Counted from the first letter of the stretch, positions 37,550 through 52,513 are shown. The stretch: 64,000 nucleotides of DNA from Eledone cirrhosa (GCA_964016885.1 OZ024747.1:56730001-56794000); one strand, 5' to 3'. The notes: generated by a model from the letters alone, not told the origin. A program made the numbers and translations.

Positions 37550-38769
37550 TTTTCCCTGTTTAAACTAAATCCTTGGATGTGTATGTGTATTCATCTCTCT
37601 ATCTCTCTCCCTGTATATATAAACACACACACATATATATATATATATACACATGCACACATATATATATATATATATATATGCAAACTAAATATAGTTT
37701 TAGTTAAGCTAAAGCGATGTAGGAAAATATACATCAAATATGCTATATATTTGTATGTGTACATATATATATGCATTATGCATACATAGATATATTCCCT
37801 TTCACCATTTTCAAAGACATAAATAAAATTTGAGAAGCTTTATAGATTCTTTCTTACAATTACCATTATTATCAATATTGCCTTTAGGCAAAGTAAGACG
37901 AAAAAAAGTTTTTAAAAAAATGTAAAAGTAACAAAATATAAAATAAATCATATTAATAAGAAAAAACAACAATAACAAAAATATCAACCAATGAAAAAAT
38001 GTGAGAGAAAGTTTTGTTGGAGAAATATAACAGACACAAGTATTACATATAATAGATGTAATAGAAGTAGTAGAAGAGGAGGAGGCGGAGGGGGAGTGTA
38101 GGGAGAAGGGGGATGACGATGATGAGGAGGAAAAGAAGATGGAGTGTAAGTGAACGTGTGGAAGAGAAGTTGGAGAAATACATATATCTTTTAATTTGAA
38201 GTATTGATGCTCTGGATAAATGTTCATTGAGCTTTTCTACTGAGAAACACAAGGAACACACATAGTATATATATTATGATACCTTGCATTTGTATATAAC
38301 AGTTCAAAATTCTTTATTTGTTTAGTTACTCACACTGTCACTGGTATTTTGCACCTCTTTCTAGCAAATATGACGTCCAGTCCTGTTTGTATCAGCTGCA
38401 ACAGCTAAACCGTTATTACAACATGTTGGCATAACTCGTAGATCCTGATATATATAGAGAAGTATTGGTACTCTATACTCTATTGGATCTTTATTTAAAG
38501 ATGTTAATCCCTCTGATAATTGATTCAGATCTCCTGTAACTTTACCAAAATCGATAGTTGGTAATAGGTGATCGATTGCTTAGATCGATTATAGTTTTGA
38601 ATTTTTGAATCAGGAAATGTATCATAAGGAAAGAAGAACGTTTTCCATCTTAAAGTACATATTTTTCCTAACTATTGTGTGCTTTGTGTGTACAAAATAC
38701 TGTGTTTCTCAAATGATATATGTCTCTCTCTCTCTCTCTCTCTCTTTACATATCTCCATATATATATAT

Positions 38770-39110
38770 ATCATCATCATCATCATCATCATCAATGTTT
38801 AACGTCCGTGTTCCACGCTTGCATGGGTTTGGACGGGGGTTTTCCCACTTGAGGCAAGAGTGATTATCTTGCTCGCATAGGACTGTCTGGCGGGTTTCCT
38901 ACAGCTGGATGCCCTTCCTAACACCAACCACATTTACAGTGTGGGTCTGGGAGGTTTTTACCGTGTTGCCTACATGGCCACATTACAGCGTGGACTGTCT
39001 GGCGGGTTTTCTACAGCTGGATGCCCTTCCTAACACCAACCACATTTACAGTGTGGGGCTGGGAGGTTTTTACCGTGTTGCCTACACAGCCACATTACAG
39101 CGTGGACTGT
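38770..39110 (-). mobile_element. RTE 3'-UTR fragment with ~112-bp internal tandem duplication
   Basis: Reverse complement of 8960-9185; GGACTGTCTGG...CATTACAGCGT occurs twice. Confidence 0.85.
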
Positions 39111-39124
39111 ATATATATATATAT

Positions 39125-39732
39125 AGTTATAATTTGGGAGGGTCATGCTGCCAATGAAAACACATGGACCTGTTGGTTTTCACTTCAATTTATTATAAAT
39201 TTCTAGTTGGTTGGTTCAATAACTGGATGGTTGTTTATATATTGTCAAAGCTCTTTTGTCACAAATTCTGTAACCTCCCCAGTGACTGATTTCTTATTTT
39301 CTGTCTCTCCTTTGTTCTGTCATACACAATCTTGTTTTTGTGTGTTGTGTGATGTGTTTTTGGTTTGTGCATTCATTACATCCGTGTGTTTTTATTTATT
39401 TTTGTGTTTATTTACTTGTCACTAGTTGGTTGTTTGTTCTATCTGTGTGTGTCTATGCACACACACACACACACATATATATATATGTGTGTGTGTGTCT
39501 GCGTAGACACACACAGATAGAACAAACAACACACACACACATATATATATGTGTGTGTGTGTGTGCGTAGACACACACAGATAGAACAAACAATCAACTA
39601 GTGACAAGTAAATAAACACAAAAATAAATAAAAACACACACACGGATGTAATGAATGCGCAAAGCAAACACATACCACACAACACACAAAAACAAGATGG
39701 TGTAGGACAGAACAAAGGAGAGACACAAAATA
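39125..39732 (-). mobile_element. HHR-family element (decayed core) with nested inverted duplications
   Basis: Homologous to 57100-57550; motif at 39244-39286 reads CTGGGGA...AAAA; 39300-39478 is inverted at about 39550-39730. Confidence 0.7.
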
Positions 39733-40865
39733 ATATATATATATATTATACAGAGCTATGTCCTTAACTTCAACTAGAATTTCTGATTTAGAAACAATCT
39801 CAGAAATATAGGAGACAAGGAAAGTCAACTATTAAATTGGGCCCAAAACCGAACTCTTTCTTTACTTTATTGAACCTGGAAAGGTGAGAGAAATGTAAAT
39901 AACCTCAGCATGTTAATAAATAAACATGGGCAAGAATTTTGTTTGATGGTTTGAACTATCCTACCAATTCACCACCCATAATTATCTCAATAAGCACAAA
40001 GACCGCAATTTGAGGAGAGGAATAAGTTGACTACATTCAGTTTTTCACTAGTACTTTATTTTATTGACCCCAGAAAGATGAAAGATGAACTTGGGTTTAG
40101 CCAGATTTGAACTCAGAACATAAAATGCTGTGATTGAATACAACAAAGCACTTTGTTCAACACTCTAATGATTCTGCCAAACCACTGCTCTAATTTACCG
40201 CAATAATGGAGCAAACTTATTTTCCCAAATACTTTCAAATATAAAAAAAAGACTTTAAAAAATGAGACAATATGAAAATTAAACAAACACACATTGCTTG
40301 AAGCATAAATATTTACATAATTAAAAAAAACCTAACTATGGTAACTAAATCAAATAGCCAGTGGCATGAATATAGTAAATTAAGTTAAAGTGTGATGTAC
40401 TAAAACATGTCCAAAGTTGCCTATTGCCACTAAACATATAAATTAACTTTGAGAGGTTAATTCTTAATTAAACCTCTTATCTCTTCATTTCTTTGTGAGA
40501 TGCTAACAATTGCTGTAAGGTGATTGTTTTTTACTTCAACTAAAAAACAAATGTCAATTAATTAGGAATTTTTTGCATACATCAACTCATAACTTATGCT
40601 CACTTATAGTTACACAAATGGAAATCACAAAAAAATAAGCATTAAAATATTTTTATATAAATATAAAATAATATTTAAACAGTACAAACATCAGTGACAG
40701 CACTTACAAACATATGTTCTCTTTTCCATATGTTGGTGCTCTCTTTATTTATATCTTTATAGATGTGCATGTGTGTGTACACACATGCACACGAGTTTCA
40801 TTTATATATGTATGAAAAAAAATGTAAAATAGTGATGATGATTTATAAATGTATGTATCTATGCA

Positions 40866-40906
<41 letters not shown>

Positions 40907-40952
40907 AAATGAAATAAATAAGTCAAATGTTAAACATTTGGCTTCGTTTATT

Positions 40953-41007
40953 ACTGCTATATATATTTTGGTGACAGCCATCTTTGGCTGTGACCTCTTC
41001 AGGCAGT
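40953..41007 (-). ncRNA. hammerhead motif with a single core mutation (GAAA to AAAA)
   Basis: actgc-CTGAAGA-ggtcacagcca aaga tggctgtcacc-AAAA-tatata-TA-gcagt; perfect stem I; long stem II; inside inverted repeat 40901-41185. Confidence 0.7.
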
Positions 41008-41481
41008 CCGAATTAGTGTGGTAGAGATGAGTACACATGTTGTTGAGGTGTATAACTTTGTCAATACTCTGATATACCCAGTTCCTGGTTGGGTTGTTAG
41101 TTCACTGAGGAACTGTGATCATATATAGCAGTAATAAATGAAGCCAAATTTTAAACCTTTGACTTATTTATTTTATTTTATTTTACATTACTCCGGAGTA
41201 ACCAAACCAACCTGCGCACTTCGTCGAGTGCTCCAATCTGCATACTGAGGTGTTGGTATACAACCAACATATACTCAAAAATATATATATATATATATGT
41301 AAAAGGTAAACAGAAATAACAAAGCAAACAACACAGTATATTGAAGAAATGTATTAGTTTAATAATGTATATATATGTTTATATGTTTGTCTGTAAGTAT
41401 GTATGTATATGTAGTTCTCTCATTCTCTCTCTCTATATATATATATATATACACAACCACACCCATACCTACCCTCCCCCC

Positions 41482-41541
<60 letters not shown>

Positions 41542-41543
<2 letters not shown>

Positions 41544-41889
41544 GGAGGCACATGGCTTAGTGATTAGAGCATTGGCCTTGCAATCGAAAGGTTGTGAGTT
41601 CAATTCTCAGACCGGGCGATGTGTTGTTTCCTTGAGCAAGGCACTTTATTTCACATTGCTCCAGTTTACTCAGCTGTAGAAATGAGATGATAGGGACTGG
41701 GGTCCCTATCATTCCACTGCAAATTAGTCGTGGAGGTGCCATGGCAAAAAAGCACCCAGCACTCACTGTAAATGAGGTTGGTGTTAGGAAGGGCATCCAG
41801 CTGTAGAAATCAAGCCAGAATCAGTTCCCGTCCCACCCTTGCAAGCAGGGAAAAAGCGGACGTAAAATGAAATGATGAATGATGATGAT
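41542..41889 (+). mobile_element. SINE family A, full length
   Basis: Near-identical to the 20319 copy; flanked by (TA)n. Confidence 0.9.
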
Positions 41890-41913
41890 TATATATATAT
41901 ATATATATATATA

Positions 41914-42566
41914 TTAGGTTCTTCCGAGCCTTTCGGCGCATTAAGTGGTTGTCACCAATAGTCACAATCAACAGCCAAGTGATGTTGGCTGCCAACAGGT
42001 CTTTTTCGAATGTTCGTTGACAGGTGACCCTGGGGCAACCCCGTTTCAGTTTGCCACCAAGTGGAGTTCAGTTAATCACTGTTTTCAAGTGTCATTCATT
42101 TTTGTGTAGGCACAGAATATGGCCAGCCAGGTGGCACCAGCACTCCATGACCACTCTCTACAGCATCCATGACTCAGCTCTCTGCAGCATGATTTCCTCG
42201 TTTCGCACCCTGTTGCACAATAACACATGAAGGATCCTTCATAAGCATTGCTGATAGAATGTGTTCAGCTGTCTCTATATCTTTGCTGTGCTCTTCCAGG
42301 TTTCACTCATGTAAAGCACTGTCGGCAGCACAAGGCTTTTTTTCCAGGCACAGCTTGATCCTGGTGCTGATGCATGAAGACTGGGTGCATCTGCTGGAAA
42401 ACTGCTGCTCCTTTGCTGATCCGACAGTTGATGTCAAGCTCTGCATCGTCGTTGTTTGCCAGGATGTTGCCCAGATAGGTGAAGTGATCAACTTCTTTTA
42501 GGTCTTGTTGGTTGATTGATTGTTGGACCTGTGTTGTTGGCTGTCCTCATCACCTTGGTCTTTTTA

Positions 42567-42570
<4 letters not shown>
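41914..42570 (-). mobile_element. degenerate RTE-clade LINE fragment
   Basis: Minus-strand KKTKVM, FTYLGNILAND and LAGHIL motifs. Confidence 0.75.
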
Positions 42571-42641
<71 letters not shown>

Positions 42642-42957
42642 AGATCCACAACAAATTAACAAACTATATTTGGGGATGCTTGTTTCACCCAACGGATTTT
42701 CAACCCAAGTTAGAATATGCTTAGAACGGAAGTGTATATGAGCTGACTGGATTCTGTGCATCGACATCGACAAGGAAGACAACTCAAGTTAGAATGGCAG
42801 ATGGAAGCAATTATGTTTAAGTTAGTTCATTCCGGGTAAGATTTATCCTAGGGTTTTGTAATTACGTACCATGTATTTCACAGTGTGGGGGCAGCGATTA
42901 GAAAATCAGACCTTGCGTTGAGACAAGTGCTATTATGTAATTTCTTCAAGATATTCA

Positions 42958-43010
<53 letters not shown>

Positions 43011-45719
43011 GAGTAACTATGGTACACAGGTGTACATTAATGTATATTTTCACATATACATGCAGTCTGTTCCACCCAATAAAGAAAATAAGAAAAAAAA
43101 ACAATATTTGAAATTGTTTGAAATGAGAATAAATAAATAGGAACAAAATAAAATCAATGAAAATGTCAGACATGTTGATATGATGATGTTTAATTGAAAT
43201 GAATAAAATTGTATATTTACCATCTCAAAGAATAACCTAATATCCTGTCTTTTCTTGGAGTAGTATTACAGATGTCCATTCTATTGAAGAAATTATAGTT
43301 GAAACTCAGAAACGTTCTCATAAATGAAATCATGCAAGCTATCAAATGTTATCAAATGCCATTGCTTCTGAATGTAGCAAGAAAAAATAACAATGATAAC
43401 AATAATAATAATAATAAAAGAAATATTTTAGTTAGTTGCTTGACCTGTCATTGTCAATATATTGCTATAGTATATAAAAAACAACAACATATCAACATGT
43501 ACAGATATACAAGAAAACAAAATGTTATTTTCAGTCTTTTTCCACTGTCCACAATTTTAACCCTTTCATTACCATCATCATCATTTTATGCCCACTTTCC
43601 ATGTTGGCATACATTGGGTGGATTGCTACATCTTGAGATTAAATGGTATGAGGAGACCTTATTTTGCTCCTACTTTCCACATTTGGCATGCTTTCTATAG
43701 CTAGTTGACCTATCTAATGCAAACTACGTCATAGGATGTACCAGGTACATTTTATTGTGTTACAAGCACTAACACTTTACAGAGTAACAAAATACACAGT
43801 ACTGTGTTTTAATTAATTAATTAAACATCTTGAGTGATTTATTAACATTAATTTTTTTCATTAACATGGTATTTTTAACACAATTTAAAAGGTTCTTATA
43901 TCAAATAATATTGGAAGGTTTAGTTTAAATAGGACCCCTTTAAAATTGGGGGTTTTGTTTCATACAAGCAGAGATGGTTTTTTAATGTGTTTGGTATCAA
44001 ACTGGTTAATTTCATTCTTTTTTTCATCATCATCATTATCATCATCACCATTTAGTGTCATTTTCCATGCTTGCATGGATTATAGAGGATGTCACAGGCA
44101 GGTCAAGTGTCCACATATTTTTTATATGGTTTTATTTACTATCTCAGAACAAATCACCTGACAATATGTTATTGTCAGGTTCTTTGGACTGTCCACTTTC
44201 TTCAACTCATTGTCTTTCTCTCAATCGTAAAGTTGCAGGTTCATTTCCTGGACTGGGTAGAGGTGTTGCTTCCTTGCATAAGATGCTTCATTGCATTTAA
44301 CTTAAGTCCTCTCAGATGAAAGGAAATGAAAACCACCTGCAGCAGCTAGGGAGTTACTCTGCAACAAACTGGTCTTCTGCCCAGAATCAACAGTCACTTA
44401 CTGCCAAGGTAGCTAGAATAAGTGCTGGCTTGGTTAGTGTGCAGGCTAACGATAGACTTTTAAACTTTATTGTTCATTGATTGATTGAATTGATCAACAA
44501 CATCCCAGAACTTATTCACTTACTGAGTGGAGTGGAACTCATCAAATTGAACCAACAAAACAATGTTTTCATTGGTCTTTCCATTGCTGATACCTTTTAC
44601 CAGTTGCAACTCCTGGCTGAAAGAGCAACATGAAATAAAGTGTCTTTATCATCTAGGACATAATGCATTGCTCAGTCTGGGAACTGAATTCGCAGCCTCA
44701 TGATTGTGAATCCAATTCTCTAACCACTAAGCCACTTGCACTCACTTTATTGTTCAACAAGTTCTCAACCTAGGGATTAGCTCATAGCTAATTCATTCAT
44801 CACTACTATATACTAATAGAAAAAAAAAACATTATTTTTAGTCAGTTAATCTCACCACCTTCTAATTATTCTTCATATGTATGTACAAAAGATGATTTTA
44901 GCAATTACCCTTTATTCAAGATGTGCTTGGTATGGAGATATGCTCATAGCTTTATTCTAATGTTCATTCAATCTCTCACAAACTATCACTAGGTACTGAA
45001 GGAAAAATATATATTATTTTTAGACTGTTCAGAGCTTCAAAAGGCAGATGCTATCAGCAATGGAAAGACCAATAGAAACATTGTCTCCTTGGTCCAATCT
45101 GACAATTGACTTCTTTCCTCTCATTCTTTTTCATTCTCTTCAATTTTTTGAAAAACATGTTTCTAACAGTAGCTTGTTGTTCACCATGGCCTAGTGGCCA
45201 GGCTGTTTAGCTCCCAATCATAAGGTTATGGTTTCAATTCTTAAACCAAGCAGTGCACTGTATCCTTTTGAAAGTCAATTCCTTTCACCTTGTTCCAGTC
45301 CACTCAATTGAAATGTATACCAGTAGTAGCAGTAGCAGCTAGGGCATATGTCTGGGAGGGACTGGCACCCTGTCCAGGGGTGGAGGATGCATTGTAGTCT
45401 CAGTCATTTAATAAGAAGAAAACTGATTAATGCTGCAACCTGATGAGTCCCTGAACTTCAGAGGGACTTGTAAAGTTTATTGTTTATCTTGTGCTCACTA
45501 TAAGAATATATTATCACCCCACTTAAAACACCTTTATTCACTATACAACAGACTGTAGGTTAACAGGTCGATGCCAGATGTGAAATTAAGCATCAATTTC
45601 AAACTGTTCATGAAATATTTTATTAAGCACTAATAGATTCATATAATTTATGAGTAATGAGTTTATACATGTATATGTAGTGTATATGATGTACTTACAA
45701 GCAAGAGAAATAAATAAAT

Positions 45720-45965
45720 GAAATAGACGTTGAGACAACTCTCAAAAACCATAGAGCCAAGAAAACTGGCCCCGTTGCACCATTCCTGGTTAGGTCAGCT
45801 GGTTCCTATTGTATAGATATTATTTCTGTAAGTACTTCTGAACACATAAATGAATTGGCAATTGTTCACCCAACGATCATCATCCATATGCATCACATAC
45901 CCATACTGGTGCAAGCTTCTTACTTGCACACTACTTCTTATTCTCTTTATGCCCAATTTTTCCTG
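45720..45965 (-). mobile_element. short degenerate RTE C-terminal fragment
   Basis: EKLGIKRIRSSVQVRSLHQYGYVMHMDD, similar to EKLGIRGIRCCLLERRLHWYGHVMRMKDD. Confidence 0.6.
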
Positions 45966-46342
45966 TTGACAGATACATATATAAATATATAAATAACTCT
46001 AGAATAATCCCCAAACATCTTTAAATACTGTTTGAAATTATATTATATCTTGAGCTGTGGCAATAATGTGATGTGGCAATGGTTTATTTTTTTAGTAATC
46101 TCGAAATATATAAAAGAAATCCCTCTATCATCAAAGCTAAAGGAAAACATAAAATATATATACATTCCAATATAGATATATATATATATATATATTCATA
46201 TGTCCATATATGTATATATATATGTATATATATATACATATATATATACATATATATATACATATATTCATATGTCCATATATGAATATATATATATATG
46301 TATGTATATATATATACATATATATATACATATATATATACT

Positions 46343-46376
<34 letters not shown>

Positions 46377-46377
46377 C

Positions 46378-46476
<99 letters not shown>

Positions 46477-46717
46477 GATTCAAACTCACACACACACACG
46501 TATATATATATTTGTAGCAAATAAATTTATTTCATTCTTCTCTTCACTTCTTTACATTATCCTGCTGATACTTATTTCCCTGTTCCATCACCCACTGTAC
46601 ACTACCATACTCACTGTCACACACCCCAGTAGCAACAACACCAGCAGAAACACCAGCAGCACCACCACCACAACCACCACCACCATCAACATCACTACCA
46701 CTACAACCACCAAAAAC

Positions 46718-46749
<32 letters not shown>

Positions 46750-46996
46750 TACAACTACTAATAATAATTTCCATTCTTTTCTTTGTCATAGATTTACTAT
46801 ATCTCCCTTCTTCATGCTGTGATTCAGAAGAAATGAATTTTTGCCGACAAGCAAGCGCTTCTCTCTACCTGAGAAATAAAGAATCTAGTTTTGAAATCTC
46901 TCTCTTTTACCCCTGGGGACATTGAACCATTAAAACTGGAATAATATTTTCTTACACCTCTTCTTCTGGCTTAACAGAAAAGAAATAATATTAATG

Positions 46997-47031
<35 letters not shown>

Positions 47032-47038
47032 TATATAC

Positions 47039-47199
<161 letters not shown>

Positions 47200-47359
47200 A
47201 ATGTGTGTGTAACTATATACATATATATGTATGTGTATATATAGTTATAGATGAATAGATAAAATGAATGAAATAATATAACAAAGAATTTAAGACGCTT
47301 CTTGGAGACTTATAATATATATATCAAAGATAATTCTCTAAACCACACATACACACGTG

Positions 47360-47404
<45 letters not shown>

Positions 47405-47468
47405 ACATATAAATATGTACACACAAACACACATATATAATATATATATTTATATACACATTTATATT

Positions 47469-47509
<41 letters not shown>

Positions 47510-47517
47510 AAATATAT

Positions 47518-47573
<56 letters not shown>

Positions 47574-48029
47574 GTATATGTATATATGTATTCAGCTTTT
47601 GTTATTGTTTTGGAATTCATTTTCTTTTTTTTTTTTATATTTTTCTTTAATATTTTATTATATTTACCATTTTATTTGTATATATATATATATATATATA
47701 TTTGTTTTTGTATACTTTTTTATATAATTTCATTACATTCTTTCTTTATTATTATTTGATATGTTTGATACTTATGGCATCCCCTAGCAGAGATATGAAG
47801 AAAAATTTCAACATAGTTTACCTTTTCCATATTCCAGGAAGTTGCCATAAGTAAAAATAGTAAGTAATAGCTTTGAATATGGAAACACCCTCTTTTACAC
47901 AGGTACATACATATATACATCCATATAGATACACATATACATACATATATACACACAATTATATATATGCATGTGTGAGTCAGCATGTGTGCATATGTAT
48001 ATGAATATTTATATATATATATATATATA

Positions 48030-50522
48030 CATCATCATCATCATCATCATCATCGTTTAACGTCCATATTCCACGCTTGCATGGGTTTGGACGGCAGTTT
48101 TCCCACTTGAGGCAACAGTGGTTGTCTTGCTTGCATAGGACTGTCTGGCTGGTTTTCTACGGCTGGATGCCCTTCCTAACACCAACGACATTTACAGTGT
48201 GGAACTGGGAGGTTTTTACCGTGTTACCTACACGGCCACATTACAGCATGGACTGTGTGTTTTTTTTGTCGTGACACCTACACGACCTCATTTGTTTCGG
48301 GCTGGATGTTGTGGTTCCAACATAACTTTACATTGAAAGGGGTGGTGTGGATGGGGTGGGGGTAGTGGGACGGGGGTGTATTTTGTTAGAGGTGCCTACT
48401 GACTGTAGTAAGTTTCACTTTGTACTTAGGTAAGGCGGGTCTTCTGTATTACTGTGTAGCGCCAAACATCTCGGTCCAGTGACATTGTCTTGGAGAGGTG
48501 TAAGTGTGTGAGGTCGGAATTTATCAAGTCATCCCAGGTTTTTCTGGGTCTGCCTACTCCGTGGCTACCGTCTATTTTTATCGCCCTGCACTTTTTTATA
48601 CAGCTGTCGTCTTTCATGCGCATCACATGACCATACCAATGTAGTCTTCTCTCGAGTAAACAACATCTGATCCCTCTTATTCCTAATTTCTCCCTTAGTT
48701 CGTTTATGCTTTGCCGTTCACGTATATTACTATTACACATCCAGCGAAGCATGCAAGCTTCTTTCCTCTCCAGTCTGCATATATCCTCTGCACACAATGC
48801 CCAGGTCTCACTGCCATGTAACATTGCTGTTCGTATGCAGGCATCATACAGCCTGCCTTTCATTTTTAGGGAGAACCCTTTAGCGGCTAATAGTGGTATA
48901 AGCTCTCTGAACTTTTTCCATCCAGTTCTAACTCTAGCTACTGTACTTTCAGAGCACCCTCCCCCACTGCTGATTTTGTCACCCAGGTAACGGAAGCTGT
49001 CCACTATTTCTATAGAACCATCTGTGCAATGGAATGAACTAGTATTCTGTGGGCATTTGCTGCTACTTATTGCACCAGAGCACCGGCCACATATAAAATC
49101 TATGTTCTCAGTTAGCTTACCTGTGATCCCACTACATCTTTTATGCACCCATACTTTGCATTTGGGACATAAAATGGAGTTTCTACCTACTCCTTTCCTA
49201 CACACTGAGCATGGCCATTTCCCGGATGGGACCGGTGCCCTATTTTCCTTCCTACAAACTAGAACTTTAGTCTTAGACAGGTTAATTTTAAGGCCTTTTG
49301 ATTCTAGGCCATGCTTCCATGTTTGGAATTTCTTCTCTAGTTCAGCCATTGATTCAGCTATGAGCATTAGATCATCTGCGTATAGGAGTTCCCATGGGCA
49401 GCCGGTCTTGAACTCCACTGTTATAGCCTGAAGGGCAATAATAAATAATAGGGGGCTAAGAACGGAGCCCTGATGTACAGCAACTTTTACGCTAAACTCT
49501 TCACTATATTCGTTGTTAATTCTAACCTTGCTGACTGTTTCTTTATACATAGCTTGTATAGCTCTCACAAGCCATTCATCAACACCTAGTTTTCTAAGAG
49601 CCCACCAGATAATGAATGGAACAGGGGACTCTGTCGAAGGCTTTCTCCAAGTTGACAAAAGCTAAATATAGGGGTTTACTTTTAGCTAGGTACTTCTCCT
49701 GGAGTTGTCGTACAATGAAAAGAGCTTCTGTGGTACTTTTACCTGACACAAACCCGAACTGAATTTCATCTAGATCAATTATCTCTCTGATTAGTTACAC
49801 TATTACTTTTTCTGTGACCTTCATGACCTGGTCGATTAATTTAATGCCTCTATAGTTACCCCTATCTAGGGCATCTCCTTTACCCTTGTAGCAGTTAATG
49901 ATGATGGTGCTATGCCAGTCCTTCGGACCAACCCCATTCTGTATGACTAGGTTTACTATCCGGGTGACCATGGTGTGTCCCACCGTTCCAGAAGCTTTCA
50001 GCATTTCAGCAACTATTTCCAAAGGCCCAGCCGCCTTACCCATCTTTATATCTTTGATTGCCTTACTTATTATACTACCTTCGACTAACACTGCTGGTCC
50101 CTCTTATTCTCCTCATTTAGTAGCCTTTCGTAGTGACTCTTCCAAGCTACCTTCTTATCAGTGTCAGTGATGGCAAGTACACCATCATCATTAAGGACAC
50201 ACTTCTCCCCGACAATATCACGGTTTTCCTTGACACATTGCCTAGCAATCCTGAACACCTCACATTTTTGGTCCTCGCATTGTAGAACATGCTTGAACTT
50301 TCTTTCCTCTGCTTCCCTTCTTGCGAAGTACACTTGTCTCCTAGCTTCCCTCCTGGCCACTTGATAGTCTGCTCTACTTCCCCCATCCCGCCATACTTTC
50401 CAAGCCTGCTTTTTGGCCTTAATTGACTCCTCCACCTTACTGTTCCACCACCATGTTACTCTCCTCCTGCCTATAGGCCTGCTCAAGCCACAGACTTCGT
50501 CTGCCGCCATCAGCATATTATT
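48030..50522 (-). mobile_element. RTE-clade LINE, ~2.5 kb, 5'-truncated and frameshifted (tether, RT, PHD-type finger, 3' UTR)
   Basis: Peptides TWWWN, KAAGP, KGKGD...NYRGIKL, HQGSVLSPLLF, LYADD, FRYLG and GRPRKTW across ORFs 50085-50624, 49795-50091 and 48426-49658; (ATG)n tail at 48030. Confidence 0.95.
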
Positions 50523-50807
50523 TACGCATATTGGCATATTCATAGAGTCTTGCAAGTATGTGCACACCTGGCAGACAGTAATGCAAAAATATGCAAGAAC
50601 ACACAATGATATATTCACCTTCATACATATGTCCGCAACACACGTATATATACATATAAATTAGAAATAGTATGTAATACTACTACTAATAATAATAGCT
50701 TTTATTATCAGTGTTATTTTTTTTATTTCTATTATGATTACCCATCAAAATTTATATTATTTTTTTCATATTTTTTATTACAACTAAATATATATATATG
50801 TATATTT

Positions 50808-50890
<83 letters not shown>

Positions 50891-51058
50891 TATATATATA
50901 TATGCATACATATATATATATATGCATATATATATATTTATATATATATTTATATATATATGCATATATATATATGCATATATATATATGCATATATATA
51001 TATTTATATATATATATTTATATATATATATATTTATATATATATATATTTATATATA

Positions 51059-51108
<50 letters not shown>

Positions 51109-51200
51109 TATATATATATATATATTTATATATATATTTATATATATATATATATATATATTTATATAAATATATATATATATATATTTATATATATATT

Positions 51201-51269
<69 letters not shown>

Positions 51270-51613
51270 ATTTATATATATATTTATATATATATATATA
51301 TATGCATATATATATATATGCATACATATATATATATGCATATATATATATATGCATACATATATATATATGCATATATATATATTTATATATATATATA
51401 TGCATATATATATATATGCATATATATATATTTATATATATATATATTTATATATATATATATTTATATATATATTTATATATATATATTTATATATATA
51501 TTTATATATATATATATATATGCATATATATATATATATGCATATATATATATATGCATATATATATATATATTTATATATATGTATATATATATATATG
51601 TATATATATATTT

Positions 51614-52211
51614 CATCATCATCATCATCATCATCATCGTTTAACGTCCGTGTTCCATGCTTGCATGGGTTTGGACGGGAGTTTTCCCACTTGAGGCAAG
51701 AGTGGTTGTCTTGCTCGCATAGGACTGTCTGGCGGGTTTTCTACAGTTGGATGCCCTTCCTAACACCAACCACATTTACAGTGTGGGGCTGGGAGGTTTT
51801 TACCATGTTGCCTACACGGCCACATTACAGCGTGGACTGTCTGGCAGGTTTTCTACAGCTGGATGCCCTTCCTAACACCAACCACATTTACAGTGTGGGA
51901 CTGGGACGTTTTTACTGTGTTGCCTACACGGTCACATTACAGCGTGGACTGTGTGTTTTTTTTTCGTGACACCTACACGATCTCATTTGTTTCGGCCTGG
52001 ATTTTGTGGCACCAACTTTACATTGAAAGGGGCGGTGTGGATGGGGTGGGGGTGGTGGGACGGGGGTGTATTTTGTTAGAGATGCCTACTGACTGTAGTA
52101 GGTTTTACTTTGTATTTAGGTAACGCGGGTCTTCTCTGTTACTGAGTACCGCCAAAGGTCTCGGTCCAGTGACATTGTCTTGGAGAGGTGTAAGTGTGTG
52201 AGGTCGGAATT
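51614..52211 (-). mobile_element. RTE-clade LINE 3' end with duplicated UTR segment
   Basis: [32 protein letters not shown] and (ATG)n tail; same ~112-bp duplication as the 38770 copy. Confidence 0.9.
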
Positions 52212-52262
<51 letters not shown>

Positions 52263-52263
52263 G

Positions 52264-52356
<93 letters not shown>

Positions 52357-52465
52357 GTATAGATAAAATTGAGGTTGGTAATGGCACATAGAATATATAA
52401 GAGACAGAATACTTTTTGTGAAAAAACATATAATTTATAAGGTAAGGAAATAATAAAGGGTATAA

Positions 52466-52513
52466 AAAATGACCGGTTTCGATGGGTCTGCAAAAGCCAT
52501 CTTTTCAAATGTT
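52466..52513 (-). ncRNA. hammerhead motif with U3-A8 core (copy 2, element 52365-52588)
   Basis: Identical to 11352-11399. Confidence 0.55.

Noticed and set aside
45440-45470. CTGATGA followed by a GTCCCT/AGGGAC hairpin
   Set aside because: No GAAA or NUH after the stem; lies at the end of a degenerate SINE.
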